From an uncultured bacterium (GTDB lineage: Bacteria > Cyanobacteriota > Cyanobacteriia > Cyanobacteriales > Microcystaceae), in NCBI GenBank assembly GCA_964482215.1, contig CAYZWO010000004.1:52270-84269 (forward strand): a stretch of 32,000 nt of DNA. The letters run 5' to 3'. Within the stretch, counting starts at the first letter, position 1, and each line of letters begins with the position of its first letter. Position numbers and translations under genes: made by a program. The notes beneath the pieces are model-generated. The model saw only the letters and a program-made list of their open reading frames with translations, was not told the origin of the DNA and ran no database searches. Shown piece by piece: positions 8,641-16,294 of the stretch.

Positions 8641-8976
8641 ATGCGACGAATTGACGCGATCGCGCTGATGTTGGCCTTCTTCTTATCGGGAGGTGTGGTT
8701 TATTTGATTCTGCAAGCGGTCGGGTTTGAGAGTCAAAAAGCAGGCATTTGGTCTCAAGTTTTCTTAGTTGGTGGGTTAATTCTCTGGTTATTATCCTATG
8801 TCTTTCGGGTTTTAACCCATGATATGACCTACCACAAACAGATTCATGATTACGAAGAGGCTATGCTCCAAAAACGTTGGGCAAGTATGACACCCGAAGA
8901 ACGGGAAAAATTACAAGCGGAAGTCGTTCAAGAAAAACTAGCAAAAAGTTCAGAGAATCCCCAAGCTGAATCTTAG
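8641..8976 (+). CDS. Small two-TM membrane protein, DUF3007-like
   Basis: MRRIDAI... start preferred over the upstream TTG at 8632. Two hydrophobic helices, then a charged tail (MTYHKQIHDYEEAMLQKRW...). The family call is from memory. Confidence 0.55.
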   Translation: MRRIDAIALMLAFFLSGGVVYLILQAVGFESQKAGIWSQVFLVGGLILWLLSYVFRVLTHDMTYHKQIHDYEEAMLQKRWASMTPEEREKLQAEVVQEKLAKSSENPQAES

Positions 8977-9123
8977 AAAGATATAAGTTAACGCTGAACC
9001 TAGTAGTTTTGCTTATTTCTTGTTTTACAAGAATTTGTTAAAAAATCCCCCCCGTTAAAGAGAAATTTTCGGCAAAGCACCGTGTAAGATAGAGGTCAAG
9101 CGAGTTTTTCAATTATCTCTGCC

Positions 9124-9633
9124 ATGGCCTTACAACCAATTTATATTCCCCATCTGCTCAATCTTCCCAATCGAACCCAAACCTTGATTATTGACGAGAA
9201 TGTATCGGGTTTAGAAACGTTAACACCTGTTCGGGGAACGATTGCTGTTCGGCATGGTGGTACTTTCTTAGAAGCCGTAGTCAAAGCAGAAACCATTATT
9301 ACGTTTATCTGCGATCGCTGTACCCAACAGTATAATCACCGACTTTCCTTGGATACGTCAGAACTGATTTGGTTAGATAAAGATGCTGATATTCCCCAAA
9401 AGCTACCGCAAGAACGGGAAGTTGCCCTAGAAGACTTGTCCGAAAGCCTCTCTCCTGAAGGGCATTTTGATGTGGAAAGATGGTTATACGAACAATTGTG
9501 CTTAGCCTTTCCCCTACGCCGATTATGTGGTAACGATTGCCAATCACCTGTTGAAGGCTCATCAGAAACCATTACTAATCTCGATAGTCGCTGGTCTGCC
9601 TTAGAAATTTTGAAACGCCAATTATCTCAGTAA
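9124..9633 (+). CDS. yceD: YceD/DUF177 family protein (23S rRNA accumulation protein)
   Basis: 169 aa. It has the paired Cys motifs typical of DUF177 (CDRC...; C..DC near the C-terminus) in an acidic protein. Confidence 0.7.
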   Translation: MALQPIYIPHLLNLPNRTQTLIIDENVSGLETLTPVRGTIAVRHGGTFLEAVVKAETIITFICDRCTQQYNHRLSLDTSELIWLDKDADIPQKLPQEREVALEDLSESLSPEGHFDVERWLYEQLCLAFPLRRLCGNDCQSPVEGSSETITNLDSRWSALEILKRQLSQ

Positions 9634-9856
9634 TATTCTGGTTGAAGTGTTGATCATCGCTTGAGTTAAATATTAATTCTGTAAACAATCAGAATGTGAA
9701 TCTTCAAACCGCTTGAATTGAGGTAAATATTCTGCCTACAATAAAACCACTAGAAAATTCTGCGCTTCAGTAAATTTAGTCAATACTGTTGAGCTTAAAG
9801 ATTTTTCGGAATAACTGGTTTGGGTTTTTAATTTTAGTATTTTAGTAATTTTTGTT

Positions 9857-10348
9857 ATGGCATCTACTTACTCGTTTGATGTAGTTAGTGATTTTGATCG
9901 GCAGGAATTGGTTAATGCGGTTGATCAGACCGTTCGCACCATTAATAGCCGTTATGACTTGAAAGATACGCAGACAACGGTAGAACTCAATGACGATAAC
10001 ATCATGATTCAGACGGCTAGCGAGATGACGTTAACCGCTATTCACGATATTTTGCAAACGAAGGCGAGTAAACGCAATTTATCCCTCAAAATTTTTGACT
10101 ATGGTGCAATTGAATCTGCTAGCGGTAAAACTGTGCGTCAAAAAATCAGCCTCAAAAAAGGCATTAGTCAAGAAATTGGCAAACAAATAACCAAAGAAAT
10201 TCGTGATCAGTTTAAAAAGGTTCAATCTTCCATTCAAGGCGATGCAGTTCGGGTAAGTGCCAAAGATAAGGATGCTCTTCAGGAAGTCATTCAATTTTTG
10301 AAGCAAAATGATTACCCCGTCGCGCTTCAATTTACGAATTATCGCTAA
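9857..10348 (+). CDS. yajQ: YajQ family nucleotide-binding protein (UPF0234)
   Basis: 163 aa. [19 protein letters not shown]...RYDLK... and C-terminal LQFTNYR are collinear with E. coli YajQ. Confidence 0.9.
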   Translation: MASTYSFDVVSDFDRQELVNAVDQTVRTINSRYDLKDTQTTVELNDDNIMIQTASEMTLTAIHDILQTKASKRNLSLKIFDYGAIESASGKTVRQKISLKKGISQEIGKQITKEIRDQFKKVQSSIQGDAVRVSAKDKDALQEVIQFLKQNDYPVALQFTNYR

Positions 10349-10382
10349 ATTGGACGGTTAACTACTTTTGAAATACTAATCA

Positions 10383-12236
10383 CTAAGAAAGAGGATTTTC
10401 ACCGTTTTCTTCCCAATTTTGATTTAAATTGGACTGAAGGACAACTTCTTCATAGGTTCCCGATTTAATGACTTTACCTTGATCCAATAAATAGAGGCGA
10501 TCGCAATGTTTCACTGTCGAAAGGCGATGGGCAATAATAATCATCGTCTTCGTTCCCGATAACGCCTTAATGGACTCATTTACTAATTGTTCTGTTGCAT
10601 TATCTAAAGCAGAAGTTGCCTCGTCTAATACTAAAATTTCAGGTTCATGGTACAAAGCACGGGCAATGCCAATTCGTTGACGTTGACCACCAGATAATCT
10701 GACTCCTCTTTCTCCTACTAAAGTTTTTACGCCTTGGGGCAACTGCTGAACAAACTCTTCGAGTTGAGCTGAGCGAATCGCCTGCCACAATTTTTCATGA
10801 TCAATTAAGGATTCAGGAATCCCAAAAGCAATATTTTGGGCAATAGTTTCATCCGTTAAAAAAATAGACTGGGGAATATAGCCAACTAAGTTTTGCCATG
10901 CCCGAATATCTTGGTAAATGGAGACCCCATCAACTTGAATATCGCCTGCTTTGGGATATAACAAACCTAAAATAATGTCAACTAAGGTGGTTTTTCCTGA
11001 GCCAGATTTTCCAATTAAACCAATGCTTTCTCCTTTATGAATCGTTAAAGAAATATTTTGAATAGCATAAGTATTGACTTCAGGATACTGATAAGTAATA
11101 TTGCTTAGGCTAAATTTTTGTTTAAAAAACATCGCCATTTTTTTAGTTGCTGTGACTTCTAATTCATCTGGCTTGAAAGCTGTCGATTTATTAAAACTAG
11201 AAAAACTTTGATCCAATTGCTGTTGACGAATGTCTTTTAAGTCCGTATAAACCAAATCCAAAATGTAACTAAAATTTCTAACTTGGGTGAAAGCACTCAC
11301 AAAAACATTAATTGCTGGGATTAAGCGAATTGCTGCAACACCAAAAACGGCCATGGTACTGGCAATATTGGTCATGCTGGCTTGAGAATTAAAAGCTGCT
11401 AGGGAAATAAAAAAAACAATAAAAATAGTCAGGCTTCCTTTAATTACAACTGGGGGAATAGCGATAGAAATATCAAATAAAGCCGATAATTTCTCACTTT
11501 CTCTTGCTTGCTTATCTATATTGCTTAAAAAGAAAGATTCTGCTCCAATGATGCGAGTATCTTTTACACTTCCTAAAGAATGATTAATTAATCGAATAAT
11601 TTCCTGATTTGTTTGAGAAATTCTACGCCCATAACTTTTAGTTTTGGACATCGATCTATATGCATAAACTAAACTTGGTGCAATTACTAAGGTAACTAAA
11701 AGTAAAAAATTTAAATTAGTTTTGGCTAGTAATAGCAATAAAACTACAACAATGATAAGATTAGTAATTGTTCGCAATAGGCTATTTAAAAAAGTATTAA
11801 ATACAGTGGTTTCTGAAATAATATTATTAATAATGCTGGATGTATTCTTTTTTAAATGAAATGTGTAAGGAGCATAAAGATAAGCATTCATCAACTCTAG
11901 TACCAATACTCTTTTTTGCTCGTAATTAAAATTAAAAATATATTTTTGGATGGTCAAATATAAAACAAATTGAATAATAAAAAGTACAATAATCCCCCCC
12001 CCTATTATAGGAATTAAATCCATATTAGAGGATAGTTTTAATTGATTAATTAAAAAAAGATTAAATGGATTTTTTTCTAGTAAGGTCGGATTAGTGGCAA
12101 CTTGTATAAAGGGATACATTAAACTAATCCCTACCGCATCAATAATAGAAGCCAGCAAAAAGAATAAAAGTAAGTATAATAATTTTTTCTTGCGATTTCC
12201 AATAATAAATAAAAATTTGAAGAGAAATTGTTGCAT
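10383..12236 (-). CDS. ABC exporter, fused permease + ATPase (MsbA-like type I exporter)
   Basis: 617 aa. A six-helix TMD is followed by an NBD with Walker A GKSGSGKTT, signature LSGGQRQR and Walker B ILVLDEATS. The TMD half and the upstream region are very AT-rich. Confidence 0.85.
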   Translation of the reverse strand: MQQFLFKFLFIIGNRKKKLLYLLLFFLLASIIDAVGISLMYPFIQVATNPTLLEKNPFNLFLINQLKLSSNMDLIPIIGGGIIVLFIIQFVLYLTIQKYIFNFNYEQKRVLVLELMNAYLYAPYTFHLKKNTSSIINNIISETTVFNTFLNSLLRTITNLIIVVVLLLLLAKTNLNFLLLVTLVIAPSLVYAYRSMSKTKSYGRRISQTNQEIIRLINHSLGSVKDTRIIGAESFFLSNIDKQARESEKLSALFDISIAIPPVVIKGSLTIFIVFFISLAAFNSQASMTNIASTMAVFGVAAIRLIPAINVFVSAFTQVRNFSYILDLVYTDLKDIRQQQLDQSFSSFNKSTAFKPDELEVTATKKMAMFFKQKFSLSNITYQYPEVNTYAIQNISLTIHKGESIGLIGKSGSGKTTLVDIILGLLYPKAGDIQVDGVSIYQDIRAWQNLVGYIPQSIFLTDETIAQNIAFGIPESLIDHEKLWQAIRSAQLEEFVQQLPQGVKTLVGERGVRLSGGQRQRIGIARALYHEPEILVLDEATSALDNATEQLVNESIKALSGTKTMIIIAHRLSTVKHCDRLYLLDQGKVIKSGTYEEVVLQSNLNQNWEENGENPLS

Positions 12237-12495
12237 AGTGGAGAGGTAATATAGACTTAAACAATTAAAAACAATTATAGATTAATAATTTAAAAGGCTA
12301 TTTTTAAAATAATTAATAACGATAAAAAGCTGCTAAGTACGTTAAATTTCATTGTCCACAAATAATCTTTGATGTCCTTGATAACTAAAAATAATGTGTA
12401 AGATTGATTTATCGCTACTAAAATATTTCTTTTAATATCATACGCAACAATATTAAGATGTGTTTAAATAACATCGAGTTTTAAGCCCTATTAAT

Positions 12496-13560
12496 ATGGT
12501 AAACCCTACGTTAATTCCTGTAATTTTAGCTGGTGGAAAGGGAGAACGCTTTTGGCCCTTAAGTCGTAAGCATTTTCCGAAACAGTTTTTATCTTTAGAC
12601 GGAAGTGGGAAGAGTCTACTCCAAACAACAAGCGATCGCTTACTTTCGTTAGCGGGGGGCTGGGAAAATTTATGGGTGATTACCTCAGCCTTGATTGCAG
12701 ATGTTGTCAGAGAACAGTTACCCGATTTACCCGAAACGAATTTACTCATCGAACCTGAAGGCAAGGATACTGCACCAGCTGTAACTTGGGCAACCTTGGA
12801 AATTGCTCAACGTTATGGGGAAGATGCAGTAATCGGCTTTTTCCCCGCTGATCATTGGATCGCTAATCAAAATGCCTTTGAAGATACCCTAAAAGCCGCC
12901 GCTAGTTTTGCTGCTAATAACTCGGCGATTGTCACTTTGGGAATTAAACCGACTGAACCCGCCACAGGCTATGGCTATATCGAGCAAGGTGAATTAACAG
13001 CTAAAATTGACCAACTTCCCGTCTACAAAGCCACTCGTTTTACCGAAAAACCCGATCAACAAACGGCTCAAAGTTTTTTACAAACAGGGAGTTTTAGCTG
13101 GAATAGCGGGATGTTTATCTTTCAAGCGGGTGTGGTTTTAGTGGAGTTGTCGATTCATGCACCAGAGCTTCTAACCTTGCTTCGACACAAAGGTAAGGCA
13201 GCTTATGCGGAAGTCGAAAAGAAAAGTATTGATTACGCTTTGATGGAAAAAACCCAATTGGCTTATGTTTTACCGGCTGATTTTGGATGGGATGACCTGG
13301 GAGATTGGAATTCCTTAGAGCGTTTGTTTAAGGGCGATAACAAAAATGTCAATTTAGCCAAACATGTGGAGCTAGATACCAATGGCGCGATCGTCTATGC
13401 CAGCAACGATGAAGATGTGATTGTAACTATAGGTTTAGAAGATGTGGTAATCGTGCGCGATCGCAATGTAACGTTGGTTGTTAACAAATCCCGTACTCAG
13501 GACATTAAAGCTGCCTTGAAATTACTTCAGGAAAACTCAGAATATCAAGAACTTTTGTAA
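12496..13560 (+). CDS. Mannose-1-phosphate guanylyltransferase (nucleotidyltransferase domain only, no PMI/cupin domain)
   Basis: 354 aa. N-terminal VILAGGKGERFWPLSR..PKQFL sugar-nucleotidyltransferase motif, and GYGYI plus FTEKP segments typical of GDP-mannose pyrophosphorylases. Confidence 0.8.
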   Translation: MVNPTLIPVILAGGKGERFWPLSRKHFPKQFLSLDGSGKSLLQTTSDRLLSLAGGWENLWVITSALIADVVREQLPDLPETNLLIEPEGKDTAPAVTWATLEIAQRYGEDAVIGFFPADHWIANQNAFEDTLKAAASFAANNSAIVTLGIKPTEPATGYGYIEQGELTAKIDQLPVYKATRFTEKPDQQTAQSFLQTGSFSWNSGMFIFQAGVVLVELSIHAPELLTLLRHKGKAAYAEVEKKSIDYALMEKTQLAYVLPADFGWDDLGDWNSLERLFKGDNKNVNLAKHVELDTNGAIVYASNDEDVIVTIGLEDVVIVRDRNVTLVVNKSRTQDIKAALKLLQENSEYQELL

Positions 13561-13597
13561 ATTCCGAGGAAGAAAACTTACAAATTGATGATGATGC

Positions 13598-13646
13598 TAA
13601 AAAAGTGGAGATATTAGTTGCTTAGAACTGTTCTCCACTTTTTTTA
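13598..13646. terminator. Candidate bidirectional terminator between convergent genes
   Basis: A-tract, 8-bp stem AGTGGAGA/TCTCCACT, then TTTTTTT. The loop is long (20 nt), which weakens the call. Confidence 0.4.
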
Positions 13647-13711
13647 CGAAACTCATACGAGATAATCCAACAAATTTCGACAAAAATTATAACTTAAGCC
13701 TTATTTTAAAG

Positions 13712-14062
13712 TTAATGTTCTGCATTTAGATCATCTTGCCATAAACTCAGCCCTGTAACCGACGATTGGGCCATGAAATCGCTCATTTGAATTAATTTGT
13801 CCGATGTCCAAGTATTTTGACGGAGACGATCCGCTTCATTTTCAGTAGAATTTCCATAATAATTCAGGTGAGCGGGTATCCAGCTTTTGGGAGCAAGCCC
13901 GTGAAACTCGTTATTAGCTACATGCTCTTGCTGATTTGTTAGGGAATTTACATAACCGCTATGGGGAGCATCCACCGGCCATGTCCAGTCAATCCTTGCG
14001 CCTGACTTCTCTTGCAAGAATGCCAAGACTCGTTTAAACGCATTAAAAAATTTATTCAACAT
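13712..14062 (-). CDS. Hypothetical protein, no domain recognised
   Basis: 116-aa ORF with a strong SD (GGAGG 8-9 nt upstream of the ATG on the minus strand) and normal composition. Confidence 0.55.
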   Translation of the reverse strand: MLNKFFNAFKRVLAFLQEKSGARIDWTWPVDAPHSGYVNSLTNQQEHVANNEFHGLAPKSWIPAHLNYYGNSTENEADRLRQNTWTSDKLIQMSDFMAQSSVTGLSLWQDDLNAEH

Positions 14063-14233
14063 AAAGTATTTACCTCCAAACCGTATTTTTTTATACAGTT
14101 TTATATTCTTATTATAGCAATCCTCAAAAAGTGAACCTAACTCTGGCTATTGGGTTAAATAATTATTAACAAATAGGATTAACGGTTCAAAAAGCTTAAA
14201 GTGTTTTTTAACGTCTTAGTAGGAGCATAAATT

Positions 14234-14578
14234 ATGTATTTTCGTCATTGGCTTGGAGTCATTTTTGCAATGGTTTTGGCTCTCTTAGTAGTCATGCCCA
14301 ATAGCGCGATCGCGGCTAACCCTAATCCTCAAGTCACGGATCAATTGAATCAGACCTTCCAACAAGCCCAAGAGCAATTTAAACAAAGCTTAGAACAAGC
14401 CAAACAAGGTTTTGCCCAAGCTCAGGAACAATATCAGCAAGGCCTCAGCCAACTCAATCAAGGTTTAGAGCAAGCGCAATCCCAATATAAACAGCAATTA
14501 GAGCAGTCCTCAGCCAGTTTTAAACAAGCTCAGGATTCTTATCAACAGGAGTTTAAGCAAGCAACCTCTCATCAATAA
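14234..14578 (+). CDS. Secreted Gln-rich repeat protein
   Basis: Signal peptide (…VVMPNSAIA/ANP) with AGGAG SD upstream. The mature part is built almost entirely of Q/E/A/K repeats. Confidence 0.7.
   Translation: MYFRHWLGVIFAMVLALLVVMPNSAIAANPNPQVTDQLNQTFQQAQEQFKQSLEQAKQGFAQAQEQYQQGLSQLNQGLEQAQSQYKQQLEQSSASFKQAQDSYQQEFKQATSHQ
14360..14575 (+). repeat. Four tandem 54-bp (18-residue) coding repeats
   Basis: QQAQEQFKQSLEQAKQGF / AQAQEQYQQGLSQLNQGL / EQAQSQYKQQLEQSSASF / KQAQDSYQQEFKQATSHQ. A partial unit precedes them. Confidence 0.7.
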
Positions 14579-14595
14579 CATTGTCTTTATCCCCC

Positions 14596-15030
14596 ATGTC
14601 CAAGCAGCGATTTTTCAAAAAATTAAGGGGTTGGTATTTCAGGGCGATCGCCGTTGTCTGTTGTTGGTTGAGTATTGTGAATCCTGCTCTTGCTAATCAG
14701 GAACTCTATCAATCCGCATTATTAATTCCATCTGATTCGGCAACTTCTGTTGCCATTTATCCTGATCCAAGCCGTGAACAATCACCCTTGGGATATGGGG
14801 AAGCAGGAGACAAAATTTGGGTTGTAGAAGAAATTTACAATAATGACGGAGCAAGATGGGATCGGATTCGTTTGGTTGAATCGCCTCAACTGGAGGGGTG
14901 GATTGCGGATGTGGATGTTAAGCGGACTCAATCAAATAACCACTCTTCTAATCCCTATCTTCAACCCAATTTATACTATTCTCAAGATAACTATTCCCAA
15001 GGCCAATGGGTTCAGCCGCGTCGCAACTAG
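14596..15030 (+). CDS. Secreted protein with a bacterial SH3-like domain
   Basis: ATG at 14596 preferred over the TTG at 14581. N-terminal basic + hydrophobic signal (…IVNPALA/NQ). GDKIWVVEEIYNNDGARWDRIRL...LEGWI resembles SH3b. Confidence 0.6.
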   Translation: MSKQRFFKKLRGWYFRAIAVVCCWLSIVNPALANQELYQSALLIPSDSATSVAIYPDPSREQSPLGYGEAGDKIWVVEEIYNNDGARWDRIRLVESPQLEGWIADVDVKRTQSNNHSSNPYLQPNLYYSQDNYSQGQWVQPRRN

Positions 15031-15041
15031 TTAATTCACCT

Positions 15042-15569
15042 ATGGAAAAAACGTTAACACCTCTCATTTCTGCTGAAGAGATCGCCACCACAATTAAACG
15101 TCTAGCCCAAGAAATTGATCAAGACTGTCAGGGTCAATCCCTAACGGTTCTAGGAATTCTCAAAGGATCATTTATTTTTATTGCCGACTTAGTCAGAGAA
15201 ATCAAAACCCCCATAGACAATATTGAATTTATCCAGTTGTCCAGTTATGGTAGTGCGACAGTGAGTTCAGGACAGGCAGATCTTTTATTAGATGCTAAAC
15301 TTGAGTCTATTCAAGGAAAACATATTTTAATTGCCGAAGATATCGTGGATACGGGCATTTCGACTACTAAAGCCATTGAAGTGCTTCAGCAAAAAGGCCC
15401 AGCTTCCCTTAAATTATGTTCCTTACTGAGTAAACCCAGCCGTCGGCAAAAAGAAGTCAACATTGATTATCTCGGCTTTTCTATCCCCGATCATTTTGTT
15501 CTGGGTTACGGGTTAGATGTCGATCAAAAATATCGTCAATTACCCGCAATTTATTACTTTAAAGATTAA
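15042..15569 (+). CDS. hpt: Hypoxanthine phosphoribosyltransferase
   Basis: PRPP-binding motif ILIAEDIVDTGIST and collinear HPRT features (LKGS.IF.ADL, LLSKP). The MEKTL start at 15042 avoids overlap with the upstream gene. Confidence 0.9.
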   Translation: MEKTLTPLISAEEIATTIKRLAQEIDQDCQGQSLTVLGILKGSFIFIADLVREIKTPIDNIEFIQLSSYGSATVSSGQADLLLDAKLESIQGKHILIAEDIVDTGISTTKAIEVLQQKGPASLKLCSLLSKPSRRQKEVNIDYLGFSIPDHFVLGYGLDVDQKYRQLPAIYYFKD

Positions 15570-15655
15570 AACTTTGGCCAATATCATTAATCAACTGAAA
15601 GTGAGTCAGAAGCAATAAAATAAAAGCATTCCACCCCTTTCTTCTCCTCTCAACA

Positions 15656-16201
15656 ATGATTGCAGCTAAAGGAGATTTCCCCGCTCTCACTCCCGAAGAA
15701 TACTTTGCTTGGGAAAAAAAGCAGCTAGAAAAACATGAACTAATCGACGGTCAAGTTTATGCCATGAGCGACGGCAGTGTTAATCATGGTCGTATTGCTA
15801 TTCGTCTTACTGCCATGCTTGATAGCCACTTAGACAATACAAGTTGCATTACGGGAAATTCCGATATCAAAGTTCATATCGTTGGTACGAATAACTACAC
15901 CTACCCCGATGCCAGTGTCACCTGCGACGATCGCGACAAAACGACCTCTCAATACATCACTTACCCTTGCCTGATTGTAGAAGTCCTCTCTGCAAGCACC
16001 GAAGCCTACGATAGAGGCAGTAAATTTAGACTGTATTGCCAAAATCCTATGTTAATTGACTATCTATTAGTTAATTCCACCAGTATCGAAATGGACTTGT
16101 ATCATAAAAATGAGTCAGGCGATTGGCTAATTATCAACCACAAAGCAGGCGACACCATAAAACTCAAGGCGTTGCTGATTTTAAATATGAATCTTTTTTG
16201 A
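15656..16201 (+). CDS. Uma2 (DUF820) restriction-endonuclease-fold protein; native 3' end replaced by the 113-bp element
   Basis: EEYFAWEKKQLEKHELIDGQVYAMS... and ...PDASV...LIVEVLSAST are typical of the Uma2 family. The last 11 codons (ALLILNMNLF*) are encoded by the repeat that begins at 16168. Confidence 0.75.
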   Translation: MIAAKGDFPALTPEEYFAWEKKQLEKHELIDGQVYAMSDGSVNHGRIAIRLTAMLDSHLDNTSCITGNSDIKVHIVGTNNYTYPDASVTCDDRDKTTSQYITYPCLIVEVLSASTEAYDRGSKFRLYCQNPMLIDYLLVNSTSIEMDLYHKNESGDWLIINHKAGDTIKLKALLILNMNLF

Positions 16202-16280
16202 TGTCATTTTTACGATCCAGACTCAAACTAACTTTCAGATATGTGCAAAATCAGCATTCATATCTTGATTAAGCAACACC
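16168..16280 (+). mobile_element. 113-bp MITE-like element, copy A
   Basis: 112/113 identical to the reverse complement of 25973-26085; the only difference is 16179 T versus C. Imperfect terminal inverted repeats GGCGTTGCT...AGCAACACC, with looser similarity extending to ~27 bp. No ORF of its own. Confidence 0.7.
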
Positions 16281-16294
16281 AATTTCAGCCTATC

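Noticed and set aside
6110-12630. HIP1 (GCGATCGC) deserts as proof of horizontal transfer for the GIY-YIG islet and the ABC exporter
   Set aside because: At roughly one HIP1 per kb, gaps of 1.5-2.3 kb also occur over clearly native genes (pipY/pipX, dnaN). HIP1 absence is therefore only consistent with foreign origin, not evidence for it.
12453-12764. Minus-strand ORF overlapping the start of the guanylyltransferase gene
   Set aside because: The plus-strand gene has the canonical nucleotidyltransferase N-terminus; the antisense ORF has no supporting features.
15006-15041. Longer hpt ORF starting at 15006 and overlapping the upstream SH3b-like gene
   Set aside because: The extension (MGSAASQLVNSP) is not part of HPRT alignments as I know them. 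ATG 15042 gives a normal-length protein and removes the overlap.
16241-16294. N-terminal extension of the mutL ORF (MCKISIHILIKQHQFQPI)
   Set aside because: It is encoded by the 113-bp repeat, since identical sequence occurs at the intergenic copy B. The conserved MutL N-terminus begins at 16295/16304.
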